DNA of 64,000 nucleotides from an uncultured Methanomassiliicoccaceae archaeon (GTDB lineage Archaea > Thermoplasmatota > Thermoplasmata > Methanomassiliicoccales > UBA472), in NCBI GenBank assembly GCA_964354665.1, contig CAYHAO010000001.1, positions 13,520 to 77,519 of the forward strand. Direction: 5' to 3'. Numbering within the stretch: position 1 is the first letter of the stretch; the number at the start of each line of letters is the position of its first letter. A model generated the notes under the pieces. That model did not search any database. It worked only from the letters and a program-made list of their open reading frames with translations, and was not told the origin of the DNA. The position numbers and the translations under genes are program-made. Below, piece by piece: positions 46,446-55,422 of this stretch.

Positions 46446-47672
46446 TTGGCAGTGGATGCAGGAAACACGGCATGGGTGCTGATTTCGACCGCCCTTGTCT
46501 TCATAATGACGCCCGCGGTAGGATTCTTCTACGGTGGGATGCTAGGCAAGAAGAACGTTCTCTCCATCTTGGGACAGTGCATAATCATCATCGGGATGGT
46601 GACCTTGATATGGGTGACGGTAGGCTTCACCCTGGCCTTCAGCGGATTCGGCAATGAATTCATAGGTGACTTCGACTGGGTGATGCTAGATGGTGTGGGC
46701 ATCGAACCTTTGACACCCTACGATCTCACCGGCATCCCTGGCATTCTGTTCATGATGTTCCAGGGGATGTTTGCCATTATCACCGTTGCCTTGATCGTTG
46801 GAGGGGTCGCGGAGCGCATGAGGCTTAGGGCATTGATCATATTCCTGTTCGCTTGGACGCTACTCGTATACATACCCGTGGCCCACTGGGTCTGGGGCGG
46901 TGGTTGGCTTTCTCAACTAGGTGCCTTGGATTTCGCAGGCGGCACGGTCGTCCACATCACCGCAGGAGTATCTGTCCTGGCTGCCGTTATCGTACTGGGA
47001 AAGAGGACGTCCTTGAGCAATGGTGGGAATGAGCAGCCGCACAACATCCCATTCGTTGTCCTTGGCGGTGCGCTGCTATGGATAGGCTGGTTCGGCTTCA
47101 ACGGCGGAAGCGCCCTGGCCGCCGATGGCATCGCGGCCAACGCCTTCGTGGTCACCATGGTGGCGGGGGCCACCGCGGCGGTGGTATGGGGCTTGGTCAA
47201 TTGGCTCCATCTCGGACGCCCGGGCGTCCTAGGGATGATTTCGGGGGCCATCGCAGGCTTGGTAGCTATCACCCCCGCATGCGGTTATGTCAATGTGACC
47301 GGAGCAATCCTGATTGGCCTAGGAGCGGGCGTGTTCTGCTATGGTGGCATCTTGCTAAAAAGGCGTTTCAACTACGACGACGCTCTGGATGTGTTCGGGG
47401 TGCATGGTGTGGGGGGGACATGGGGCGCCATCGCCACGGGCCTATTCGCCACAGGGAAGTTGGCATCCACTTCGAAAGGGCTGTTCTACGGTGGCGGCCT
47501 GACCCTGCTTGGCGCACAGTTGACCGCCGTGGTGGTGGTCTACGCATTTGCCTTTGCCGTGACGTTCGCTGCTCTGTTTGTCATGAATAAGGTCATGGCC
47601 ATCCGCATGAGCAAGGAGGAAGAACGCATTGGTGCCGACATCATCCAGCACGGCGAGAATGCCTATTCGTGA
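46446..47672 (+). CDS. amt: Ammonium transporter
   Basis: 408 aa. AWVLISTALVFIMTPAVGFFYGG, DFAGGTVVHITAG and FGVHGVGGTWGA are typical Amt segments. TTG start. Confidence 0.95.
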   Translation: MAVDAGNTAWVLISTALVFIMTPAVGFFYGGMLGKKNVLSILGQCIIIIGMVTLIWVTVGFTLAFSGFGNEFIGDFDWVMLDGVGIEPLTPYDLTGIPGILFMMFQGMFAIITVALIVGGVAERMRLRALIIFLFAWTLLVYIPVAHWVWGGGWLSQLGALDFAGGTVVHITAGVSVLAAVIVLGKRTSLSNGGNEQPHNIPFVVLGGALLWIGWFGFNGGSALAADGIAANAFVVTMVAGATAAVVWGLVNWLHLGRPGVLGMISGAIAGLVAITPACGYVNVTGAILIGLGAGVFCYGGILLKRRFNYDDALDVFGVHGVGGTWGAIATGLFATGKLASTSKGLFYGGGLTLLGAQLTAVVVVYAFAFAVTFAALFVMNKVMAIRMSKEEERIGADIIQHGENAYS

Positions 47673-47681
47673 GGTGATAAA

Positions 47682-48011
47682 ATGAAGAAGATCGAGGCCA
47701 TAATCCGCCCTGAGAGGCTCGGGGCGGTGAAGCATGCCCTGGAGGAATTGGGGGTGCATGCCATGACCGCATACGAGGTCCAAGGACGTGGAGAACAGAA
47801 AGGCCTGGAGTTCACGCACCGTGCAGGCAAGTTCCGGGTCGACATGCTCCCCAAGACCAAGGTGGAAATAGTGATCAGGGAAGACAAGTTAGAGGGTGCG
47901 GTGAACGCCATCTGCTGTTCGGCCAGGACTGGAGAGGTTGGCGATGGTAAGATCTTCATCCTACCGGTGGAGAGAGTGATCAAGGTCCGTACTGGTGAGA
48001 TCGAGCCCTGA
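47682..48011 (+). CDS. glnK: PII nitrogen regulatory protein
   Basis: MKKIEAIIRPERLGAVKHALEELGVHAMTAYEVQGRGEQKG... and DGKIFILPVERVIKVRTGE. It starts 10 nt after the amt stop. Confidence 0.9.
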   Translation: MKKIEAIIRPERLGAVKHALEELGVHAMTAYEVQGRGEQKGLEFTHRAGKFRVDMLPKTKVEIVIREDKLEGAVNAICCSARTGEVGDGKIFILPVERVIKVRTGEIEP

Positions 48012-48251
48012 GGACGAGCATCACGGATGGGCCAACGCCCACCCAAACCTTTTTCCTACCTGGCTTACCCACCGTCGACTTTGCCTAGATACTTGCGCGT
48101 TCAATCAAGGACTTAACCCTTCAAAGCTTTTCTCGGGGTCGCTGTTATGAGCCTTCACAAATTCCCCGAGTTTTCGCAATCCATACATTAGCCAGATGAT
48201 AAAATATGGTATGTTAGCACCGTCTATTCCGACCTTATCAAATCCACGGCA

Positions 48252-48635
48252 TCAAGGCCAATTCTCGTCCCTGATGAAGTTGAGAAGCTGCCTACCTCCG
48301 GCGTCAAAAATCTTTAGAGAATCCCCAAGAAGCTCAAACCTAGAGCTTCTCTCCAGGCAGCTGAAGAAATCGCCTTCCATGTCCATCAACCAAGGTGGGT
48401 CATGGCAATACATGCGCGTCGAACCAATGAGCCCAAACTTGAGCGAAGTCCCGGAAGTCTCATAGGAGGCGAAGAAGCGGTTGCATCCTCCACTTCCGGT
48501 TACTTTACCGTCGGGCATGAAGATTAGGAATGGCATGTTCTCAGGTCCTGTGATGCTTAACCTATCTTTAGAATCGCTGTACCGGACCAGAAGCCATCTC
48601 TTGGATTGATCTGTCAACTGCTGGGTCATTTGCAT
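48252..48635 (-). CDS. META-domain (HslJ-like) protein
   Basis: GKVTGSGGCNRFFASYETSGTSLKFGLIGSTRMYC is the META domain signature. 127 aa, with no signal peptide evident. Confidence 0.75.
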   Translation of the reverse strand: MQMTQQLTDQSKRWLLVRYSDSKDRLSITGPENMPFLIFMPDGKVTGSGGCNRFFASYETSGTSLKFGLIGSTRMYCHDPPWLMDMEGDFFSCLERSSRFELLGDSLKIFDAGGRQLLNFIRDENWP

Positions 48636-48646
48636 TACCTACCCAT

Positions 48647-48802
48647 TCATTTGACATCCTTGTTTGGTTTCCCGCATTTCCAACAATTCACATTCTTGGA
48701 AATGTTCATGGCGTCGCATTCGCACTTCCACATTCCATTGAAGTTATAAGTATCACATACAGCGCACTTTGAAGGTTCTTTCGAAAGGGCTCGCTCGCTC
48801 AC
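48647..48802 (-). CDS. Unannotated 51-aa Cys6 zinc-ribbon mini-protein (RanBP2-like finger), coupled to the META gene
   Basis: Hand translation gives (V)SERALSKEPSKCAVCDTYNFNGMWKCECDAMNISKNVNCWKCGKPNKDVK*. It has CxxC, WxCxC and CWKC knuckles. The stop is 11 nt before the META gene ATG. The GTG start is weakly supported. Confidence 0.4.
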   Translation of the reverse strand: MSERALSKEPSKCAVCDTYNFNGMWKCECDAMNISKNVNCWKCGKPNKDVK

Positions 48803-49014
48803 GGATGAGCATTTCCATCAACACCTACTAAAATGGTTGCCAAAAAACCTCGGTTAAGTGCAATAATCCTCATATCCGAAGAGGAGTTCGAGAGAAAGGC
48901 ACCCCTCCTTTCCAAGTATTTAGCAGAGAAGCGGAGACCACTACTCCAGTACCACGATATTAATACTAATCCCGCAAATCTGATTCCTAATCCATTCAAC
49001 CATCAAAGCCTTAG

Positions 49015-49698
49015 GTGCAATCTATGTCCAACCCAATCGCGGCTTTCCAGAAACGATACATGTCCTATGGTTCCTGGCTTTCTGAATGGCTCTACGGTTT
49101 CATCATGGTCGCTGTCGTGACCGGGATGCTCAACGGATTTAGTGGCATCGACCCCCAACTATACCGTTGGGAGTTGACATTATGGCTGGTCGTGGTTACC
49201 TTCGGAGTGAATATTTCCTGGGGTCTGATTGATGGGCTTACTGTCATCTACGGAGGCTTGACAGACAAAGCAGATCAAGAGAAGCTCATCGGAAGACTCA
49301 AGAAGGATAAGAACAACCCGGAATTAAGGGACAAGTTATGGGACATCATAGGAAGTGATTATCCCTCCGATGAGACCAAGGAGATGTACATAGACCGCAT
49401 CATTGATGAAGGCCCGGAGCACAAGAAGAGATACACTTTGACGAAGGAGGACCGTAAGGTTCTACTCGCCACCGCCTCCTGCGACATCCTCGCCGTCGTC
49501 CCAGTCATTCTCCCGTTCATTGTTCTAGGGTTTGTCCCGATTGCCCTTACGCTTTCCCGGCTGATCGCTGCAATCGCCATCGGGTTTATCGTGTACCGCT
49601 TTGCAGAGCATACTGGCCGTCGGAAATGGATAGCGGCCGGTATCTTCTTCGTGTTGACAATCATCATGATGGTGGTCACATTCTACTTCGGCTGGTGA
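49015..49698 (+). CDS. Membrane protein, possibly VIT1/CCC1-like
   Basis: 227 aa with two N-terminal and three C-terminal hydrophobic helices around a charged loop. ISWGLIDGLTVIYGG is weakly reminiscent of VIT-family TM1. Confidence 0.5.
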   Translation: MQSMSNPIAAFQKRYMSYGSWLSEWLYGFIMVAVVTGMLNGFSGIDPQLYRWELTLWLVVVTFGVNISWGLIDGLTVIYGGLTDKADQEKLIGRLKKDKNNPELRDKLWDIIGSDYPSDETKEMYIDRIIDEGPEHKKRYTLTKEDRKVLLATASCDILAVVPVILPFIVLGFVPIALTLSRLIAAIAIGFIVYRFAEHTGRRKWIAAGIFFVLTIIMMVVTFYFGW

Positions 49699-49830
49699 GA
49701 ACGCTCCATTAAAGACTGGTCGAGAAAGGCAAAGGCCTTAGCTCATCTCGCTGCCCGGACCTCATGGCATCCAGATAGCTCCTGGACCTCCGCCACAAAC
49801 CTTGATGTGAAGGCGTGTGATGGAAGTAAT

Positions 49831-50085
49831 ATGAATCTGACCAATGAGAGCTATGTCATCTTGATCAGCACCAAGACCTCTACTGAGTTCTATTACAAAG
49901 ATAAGAGCGGCTGGATTAAGGTGAGCGCGCGTGGCCGTAAGTTCCGGGCGACTTCCGAGCAAGTCTTGAATCACGTCCTACCTGCACTCGCCGGCATCAA
50001 GCCAAATGTAACCATTAAGGTGGACCATTACCAGGACCCGGGGACGCGGATCCTAGTAGGCCCGAAGCTCTGCAGGTCAGATTAA
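49831..50085 (+). CDS. Hypothetical protein (weak)
   Basis: 84 aa from ATG 49831 (the ORF opens at a GTG at 49807). Low-GC region. No motif. Confidence 0.3.
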   Translation: MNLTNESYVILISTKTSTEFYYKDKSGWIKVSARGRKFRATSEQVLNHVLPALAGIKPNVTIKVDHYQDPGTRILVGPKLCRSD

Positions 50086-50167
50086 GGAGCAAGCAAGGGG
50101 TTTATACACCAGGTGCAATTTATTTTTAATTATAACCATAAATAATAATTCTGGCTAAAGAGGGGAG

Positions 50168-50242
50168 CGGGCAAGCGGGGATTCGAACCCCGGACCTGCA
50201 GCTTAGGAGGCTGCTGCCATATCCAGTCTAGGCCACTTGCCC
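50168..50242 (-). tRNA. tRNA-Arg (anticodon CCU)
   Basis: Manual cloverleaf: acceptor GGGCAAG/CUUGCCC, anticodon arm GCAGC-CUCCUAA-GCUGC, T arm CGGGG-UUCGAAU-CCCCG, discriminator G. 75 nt, with no intron and no encoded CCA. Confidence 0.9.
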
Positions 50243-50273
50243 TTGAATTAAGATTGATAAAGGAGAGAAAAGG

Positions 50274-51032
50274 TTACTGGGGAAGCTCCTCGGGCTCGCG
50301 ATCCTCGGGCTTCTCCTCCTTCTTCTCCTCTTCCTTCTTGATGTATTCCTCGACGAAGCGGACGATCTTAGCCATCAGGCCCTCGCGCAGGTCCGCGACC
50401 ACCTTGTACTTGGCCAAGATCCACTTCTGGTCGTACTTGCAGACGTCAGGGAGGGTGATGGTGAAGATGTCTCCCTCGACAGAAACGGAGAAGTTCTCCA
50501 GGGTACCGTAGTCCATCTCGACAATGGCCAAGACCTTGTCCACTGGCTCCTCGACCTTCATGGTGACCCTGAACTTGTACTTCAGGCTTCGACCTGCGAA
50601 TCGGCGGTTGAAGTCCACCCTGACCACCCTAGGGGTGATCGCGGTCACGAGGCCGACGCGGTTCTTGATGTTGACCTCCATGCCAATCTTGGGCTCGATG
50701 TCCTGCTTGAGGAAGTCGCGCACGGGTATGTTCTCCACCAACTTGGGGTCACGGGCTCCTGCGGCCTTCTCCGGAGGGATGATGACCTCCTGCTCCGTGG
50801 CCACCTGGGCGCCGACAAGCGCCTCCTCCAGGCCCTCGAAGAGGCGACCGGATCCGACCAGCACCGGTATTGGGGCGTAGGTCGCGTTCTCGTTGAATAA
50901 GTTGGCTTCCTTGGCGACCTCGGCATTGGTGGTGTCGAAGAGCTCGTTGGAGTCAGCTAGGTAACCGTTAAACTCAAGTCGGACGATGTCTCCCTTGTTG
51001 ATCTTGGCCTCATCAGCAGACATTATCTTCAC
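50274..51032 (-). CDS. Long-type archaeal FKBP peptidyl-prolyl isomerase with acidic tail
   Basis: GDIVRLEFNGYL...PIPVLVGSGRLFEGLEEALVG is the FKBP core with an IF insert. The C-terminal domain ends in a KKEEEKKEEKPEDREPEE tail. Confidence 0.85.
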   Translation of the reverse strand: MKIMSADEAKINKGDIVRLEFNGYLADSNELFDTTNAEVAKEANLFNENATYAPIPVLVGSGRLFEGLEEALVGAQVATEQEVIIPPEKAAGARDPKLVENIPVRDFLKQDIEPKIGMEVNIKNRVGLVTAITPRVVRVDFNRRFAGRSLKYKFRVTMKVEEPVDKVLAIVEMDYGTLENFSVSVEGDIFTITLPDVCKYDQKWILAKYKVVADLREGLMAKIVRFVEEYIKKEEEKKEEKPEDREPEELPQ

Positions 51033-51102
51033 CAGTGTATCTTTTGAGATGAATGCTCGTCATCGATTCGCCGTTATTATAGTTTTCGACGGCTCGAGGG
51101 AC

Positions 51103-52230
51103 CTAGTTGGAGGTCAGTGCGTCCACCGACTTGCGGTCCAAAGACTTGACCAGTTCGATTACCAGCCTCAGGGTTGAATCTATGTCGGCCGTATCTATCA
51201 CGCCCACGTGGGAATGGATGTGGCGTGTGGGCACCCCCACCGCGATGCTCGGGACCCCGACGTTCGACATATGGATGGGCCCGGCGTCTGTGCCGCCCCC
51301 GATCACATGGGCCAGCTGGTAGGGGATCTTGTTCTTCTCGCAAAGGTTGATCACCAGCTCCTTCAAGGCTTGATTGGGGATCATGCTGGAGTCGAAGACG
51401 GTGATCGCCACCCCCTCGCCCATCTTGGCCGGTGCTTGATGCGGTTCTATGCCTGGCACGTCACCGGCGATGTCGACGTCCAGTACGATGGCCACGTCCG
51501 GCTTGACATATGCCGCTGCCGTCCTAGCTCCCCTGGCGCCGACCTCCTCCTGCACGGTCGAAGCCCCGACCACCCGATTGGGATGGGAGACCTTCGCCAC
51601 CTTCAACTGCCGAATCACCTCGGCGGCCAAGAAGGCGCTGACCCGGTTGTCGAAGGCCTTGCCGAAGATGATCTGGCGCTTGCCAGCCTCCTTGCCATCC
51701 TTATAGGATTTCTTGTTCACGCTGAAGAAGTTGGACTCGGGCACTATCGCGTCCCCGATCCTTACCCCCATGGCCTGGACCTCGTCCTTGTTCGATGCCC
51801 CCACGTCGATGAACATCTTCTCCTTGGTCACGACCTTCTTCCTTTCCTCCAGGTCCATGATGTGCGGGGGCTTGCAGGCGATCACCCCTCTAACCATTCC
51901 ATTTCTCCCCATCACCTGGACGCGCTGGCCGAGCAAAACCTGGTCGAACCACCCTCCCAATGGATTGAAGGTGAGATATCCGAGCGGGTTCACGCTCGTG
52001 ACCATGAATCCGATCTCGTCCACATGCCCGGGTATTAATATGGATGGCCCTCCCTTCCTCCCCACCTTCTCGAAGAATAGATTGCCCATCTTGTCAGCAT
52101 ATATCTCATCGGCGTAGGGCCTGACATAGTCCTTGATCAATTGGACGGGCTTTCCCTCGAAGCCCGAGGGACCGGGGCTGTTGCAAAGCTCTTCCAGGAA
52201 TCCTAACGACCTTTCATCCAAGTGAGCCAC
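51103..52230 (-). CDS. M42-family (TET/FrvX-like) aminopeptidase
   Basis: 375 aa. SILIPGHVDEIGFMVT, VQEEVGARGA and IHSHVGVID are typical M42 metal-ligand segments. Confidence 0.9.
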   Translation of the reverse strand: MAHLDERSLGFLEELCNSPGPSGFEGKPVQLIKDYVRPYADEIYADKMGNLFFEKVGRKGGPSILIPGHVDEIGFMVTSVNPLGYLTFNPLGGWFDQVLLGQRVQVMGRNGMVRGVIACKPPHIMDLEERKKVVTKEKMFIDVGASNKDEVQAMGVRIGDAIVPESNFFSVNKKSYKDGKEAGKRQIIFGKAFDNRVSAFLAAEVIRQLKVAKVSHPNRVVGASTVQEEVGARGARTAAAYVKPDVAIVLDVDIAGDVPGIEPHQAPAKMGEGVAITVFDSSMIPNQALKELVINLCEKNKIPYQLAHVIGGGTDAGPIHMSNVGVPSIAVGVPTRHIHSHVGVIDTADIDSTLRLVIELVKSLDRKSVDALTSN

Positions 52231-52303
52231 TTCCTAAGTTCTTGTGCATCATCGGAAGCTGGATAATAAAGCTTCTCGAATCCTCATCGCCAGTCCAGGG
52301 ATT

Positions 52304-52891
52304 CTAAAGCCTGACCACGAGCCGGCATGGCCCTCCGTCGCAGATGGCGGAGGTCACCAGGACTACGTCCACCTTCCTGCCGAGGACGGTCTCGAAGAGC
52401 TCCTTGTTGAACCCGACGCTGCACATGCAATAGGCATGGGATGGGAAGCGCCTGGGGGTATCCTTGACCTGGCCGCAGAGGCAAGCTGGATATTCGACGA
52501 TGATCGCCCCTTGTTCCGTAATCCTATAATGGGCTCTACCTGCCTCCAGCTCGTTCAACTTTTCCAGGAACTCTTCGAGGCTGTTCGATTCCTGGAATAA
52601 TGCCCTCCTGACCTTTTGATGTGTCGGCCCGCAACAGAGCCTTCCGCATCGCTCCATGATCTTGACCCTTGATTCCTCGTCGAAGACGGCTTCCAAGCGC
52701 TCCATGGTCTGCCTGGTGAGCTCGGCCTTGTCCTCGCCCTTCTTCGCGCTCTCGTAAGCATAGGCTGGAAGCATTACCCTGTGCGCGTCGTCCACGCCAG
52801 ATTGCCTGACGATGGACTTGGTGATCCTTCCCATCCTTCCCTTCGTTGGAGGGTCCCTCTCTCCCTTCATCGATGCATCCCGCTTAGGCAA
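52304..52891 (-). CDS. Cys-rich hypothetical protein
   Basis: 195 aa. CGRLCCGPTH, ACLCG, YCMCSVGF and ICDGGPCRLVV form a pattern resembling small archaeal Cys-rich families. No function assignable. Confidence 0.55.
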   Translation of the reverse strand: MPKRDASMKGERDPPTKGRMGRITKSIVRQSGVDDAHRVMLPAYAYESAKKGEDKAELTRQTMERLEAVFDEESRVKIMERCGRLCCGPTHQKVRRALFQESNSLEEFLEKLNELEAGRAHYRITEQGAIIVEYPACLCGQVKDTPRRFPSHAYCMCSVGFNKELFETVLGRKVDVVLVTSAICDGGPCRLVVRL

Positions 52892-52981
52892 TCGATTTCG
52901 GGGGGAAATAGCTTCCTCTTTTCCCAGATATGCCTCGTAAGGAAAAAGGCATAAATCCTTCCTATGGTTACGAGGGATAGG

Positions 52982-53055
52982 GCCACCATAGCTCAGCCTG
53001 GTTGAGCGGCTGACTTGTAATCAGCAGGTCGGGAGTTCAAATCTCCCTGGTGGCT
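52982..53055 (+). tRNA. tRNA-Thr (anticodon UGU)
   Basis: Manual cloverleaf: acceptor GCCACCA/UGGUGGC, D arm GCUC..GAGC, anticodon arm GCUGA-CUUGUAA-UCAGC, T arm GGGAG-UUCAAAU-CUCCC, discriminator U. 74 nt. Confidence 0.9.
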
Positions 53056-53068
53056 CTTCATTGTCAAT

Positions 53069-53899
53069 ATGGTGGCTGGCATGAGCAGGAAGGAGGTCGA
53101 GTCGAACCGGCGCCGATGGGACGAGCTGGTGCCGATCCATGCTTCCTCGCGATTCTACGACCTGGAGGGCTTCAAGCAAGGCAGGAGCACGCTCTTGCCA
53201 GTGGAGCTGGAGGAGCTGGGGGACCTGCGAGGGAGGAGATTGCTCCACCTGCAATGCCACTTCGGGCTGGACTCGCTCTCATTGGCGAGGAAAGGTGCTT
53301 CGGTGACCGGCGTGGATTTCTCCCATAGGGCCATCTCCCTGGCCAAGGAGATCTCCCATGACATCGGCGTCGAGGCCAGGTTCATCGAGTCCGACGTCTA
53401 CGATCTCCCTAAGGTCCTGGACGAGAAGTTCGACATCGTTTTCACGTCCTATGGCGTGCTCTGCTGGCTTCCTGACCTGCCCGCCTGGGCGTCGGTCATA
53501 AGTGAAATGCTGGAAGAGGGAGGGTTCTTCCTTCTGGTGGAGGACCACCCCTTGGCAAGCACCATCGATGAGAAGGAGGCCGCCCCCATTCGGATCGTCC
53601 ATCCCTATTTCTCCGACGGAAAGCCGACGAGATTCGTTGTCGAGGGCACATACACCGATCGGTCGGCCAAGATCGATAACTCCACCAGCTACGAATGGAC
53701 GCATCCGCTCTCCGATGTCATTGGTTCGCTGGTCGGCGCGGGGCTGAGGATCGAGCATTTGCATGAGTTCGCCTTCAGCTTCTTCCAGAGGCATGCCTCG
53801 ATGCGTATGCGGCCCGACGGCACCTGGCATCTATCAGATGACTTCCCGCCCTTCCCCATGCTGCTCTCGGTGAAAGCCATCAAGCCCCGCCGAGTATGA
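53069..53899 (+). CDS. Class I SAM-dependent methyltransferase
   Basis: 276 aa with a motif I-like RLLHLQCHFGLDS followed by VTGVDFS, and a post-I acidic FIESDV. Confidence 0.75.
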   Translation: MVAGMSRKEVESNRRRWDELVPIHASSRFYDLEGFKQGRSTLLPVELEELGDLRGRRLLHLQCHFGLDSLSLARKGASVTGVDFSHRAISLAKEISHDIGVEARFIESDVYDLPKVLDEKFDIVFTSYGVLCWLPDLPAWASVISEMLEEGGFFLLVEDHPLASTIDEKEAAPIRIVHPYFSDGKPTRFVVEGTYTDRSAKIDNSTSYEWTHPLSDVIGSLVGAGLRIEHLHEFAFSFFQRHASMRMRPDGTWHLSDDFPPFPMLLSVKAIKPRRV

Positions 53900-53922
53900 G
53901 ATGCCCATCCCAGCCGAAAGGA

Positions 53923-55263
53923 CTAACGCCCCATCTCCCGGTTCACGTCCCTGATGGCTCCCTCAAGGACCTCCAGCCCGACGTCGAGCAACTCCGTCGC
54001 TATGTTGAGGGGTGGGATGAGCCGGATCCCTGACTTGCCACAACCGATGGCCACCAGTCCCCGCTTGAAACAAAGCTCCTCGATCGCGTCCCTCTCCTTG
54101 CAGGCTGGCACCTTGGTCCTCCGGTCATTGACGAACTCGACCGCTTGCATCAGGCCGAGGCCTCGCACGTCGCCCATGACCTCGTACTTCTGCTTCATCT
54201 CCAACAAGCGCTTTCGGAGATGCTCGCCCTTAATCTCCGCCTGCTTAACAAGGCCCTCCTTCTCGATCGTGTCGATGGTGGCCAAGGCCGAGGCGCAGGC
54301 TATGGCGTTGCCCCCGTAGGTGTTGGAATGCGAGCCTTTCTTCCCCCAGTCAAGCTCCTTTCGGAAAACGGTGGCGCCTATGGGGATGCCCGAGCCCAGG
54401 GCCTTGGCGCTGCACATCACGTCCGGAACCACGCCATGATGCTCCATGGCCCACATCCGTCCGGTGCGAGCCATGCCTGCCTGTACCTCGTCGTCCACGA
54501 AGAGGATCCCGTGCCTCTTGCAGATCGCTTGCATGATCTGGACGAACTCCTGGGGAGGCACGATGTATCCACCCTCCCCCTGAACCGGCTCCATGAACAT
54601 GGCGGCGACCTCCTCGGGAGGGAGATAGTCCTCGAAGTGCAATTCCTCGAGCACCTTGGCGCACCAGATGCCGCACGAAGGATACTCTAGATGGTAGGGG
54701 CAACGATAGCAATAGGCGAAGGGGAGGTGCGTGACCCCAGGCATGGAGGGGAAGAAGCGCTCCTGCTGCACCCTCTTGCTAGCGGTCAAGGAGAGGGAGC
54801 CCATGGTCCGGCCATGGAACCCTCCGATGAAAGAGATGAACAGCTTCCTCTGCGTCGACCATCGAGCCAGCTTCAAAGCGGCCTCGATGCACTCGGTGCC
54901 CGAGTTGCTCAAGAAAACGCGTTTCTCGCCCGGTACATTGGAGATGGCGCAGATTCGCTCCGCGAGCTTCGATTGGACATCGTAGTAGTAGTCCGTGCCA
55001 GCAAAATGAGCGAACCTTCCCGCCTGCTCCGTTATCGCCTTGACCACCGCGGGATGCGAATGCCCTAGGTTCAGAACTGCCACGCCGCTGGCGAAGTCCA
55101 GGAAAGTGTTCCCGTCGACGTCCCAGACCAGTGCCCCCTCCGCCCTCTCGACCACGAGGGGCGATGCCTTGGTCGAGGTCGCCAGATATTTGGTGTCAAG
55201 CTCCACGATGGCCTTGGCCTTGGGCCCAGGCGGCTCCACCACGATGTTAGGCACTTTCACCAT
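53923..55263 (-). CDS. Class III aminotransferase (4-aminobutyrate/ornithine aminotransferase-like)
   Basis: 446 aa with the PLP-Lys region DVMCSAKALGSG, LFVDDEVQAGMARTG and GGFHGRT. Confidence 0.85.
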   Translation of the reverse strand: MVKVPNIVVEPPGPKAKAIVELDTKYLATSTKASPLVVERAEGALVWDVDGNTFLDFASGVAVLNLGHSHPAVVKAITEQAGRFAHFAGTDYYYDVQSKLAERICAISNVPGEKRVFLSNSGTECIEAALKLARWSTQRKLFISFIGGFHGRTMGSLSLTASKRVQQERFFPSMPGVTHLPFAYCYRCPYHLEYPSCGIWCAKVLEELHFEDYLPPEEVAAMFMEPVQGEGGYIVPPQEFVQIMQAICKRHGILFVDDEVQAGMARTGRMWAMEHHGVVPDVMCSAKALGSGIPIGATVFRKELDWGKKGSHSNTYGGNAIACASALATIDTIEKEGLVKQAEIKGEHLRKRLLEMKQKYEVMGDVRGLGLMQAVEFVNDRRTKVPACKERDAIEELCFKRGLVAIGCGKSGIRLIPPLNIATELLDVGLEVLEGAIRDVNREMGR

Positions 55264-55422
55264 GATCTCCCTCCTTTGCGCTTGAAAGATGCCGGTGATG
55301 CTATTTGATGCTTTTCGGTTCTACGATTTTCAGAGCCATCTGCACGCGATTCCAGAGTGTAGGAATTTTTACTGATATAGAAAAATAATATCGATATTCG
55401 AAGAATATTACGAGATCCGTAC

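Noticed and set aside
48799-49120. ORFs 48799-48999 (minus) and 48833-49120 (plus) in the low-GC islet
   Set aside because: They mutually overlap, have no motifs and an odd composition, and leave no room for promoters of the better-supported flanking genes.
48012-50242. Integrated provirus or integrative element at tRNA-Arg
   Set aside because: I found no integrase, no capsid or replication genes, and no direct repeat of the tRNA 3' end. Only the compositional anomaly remains, and it is reported as a low-interest finding.
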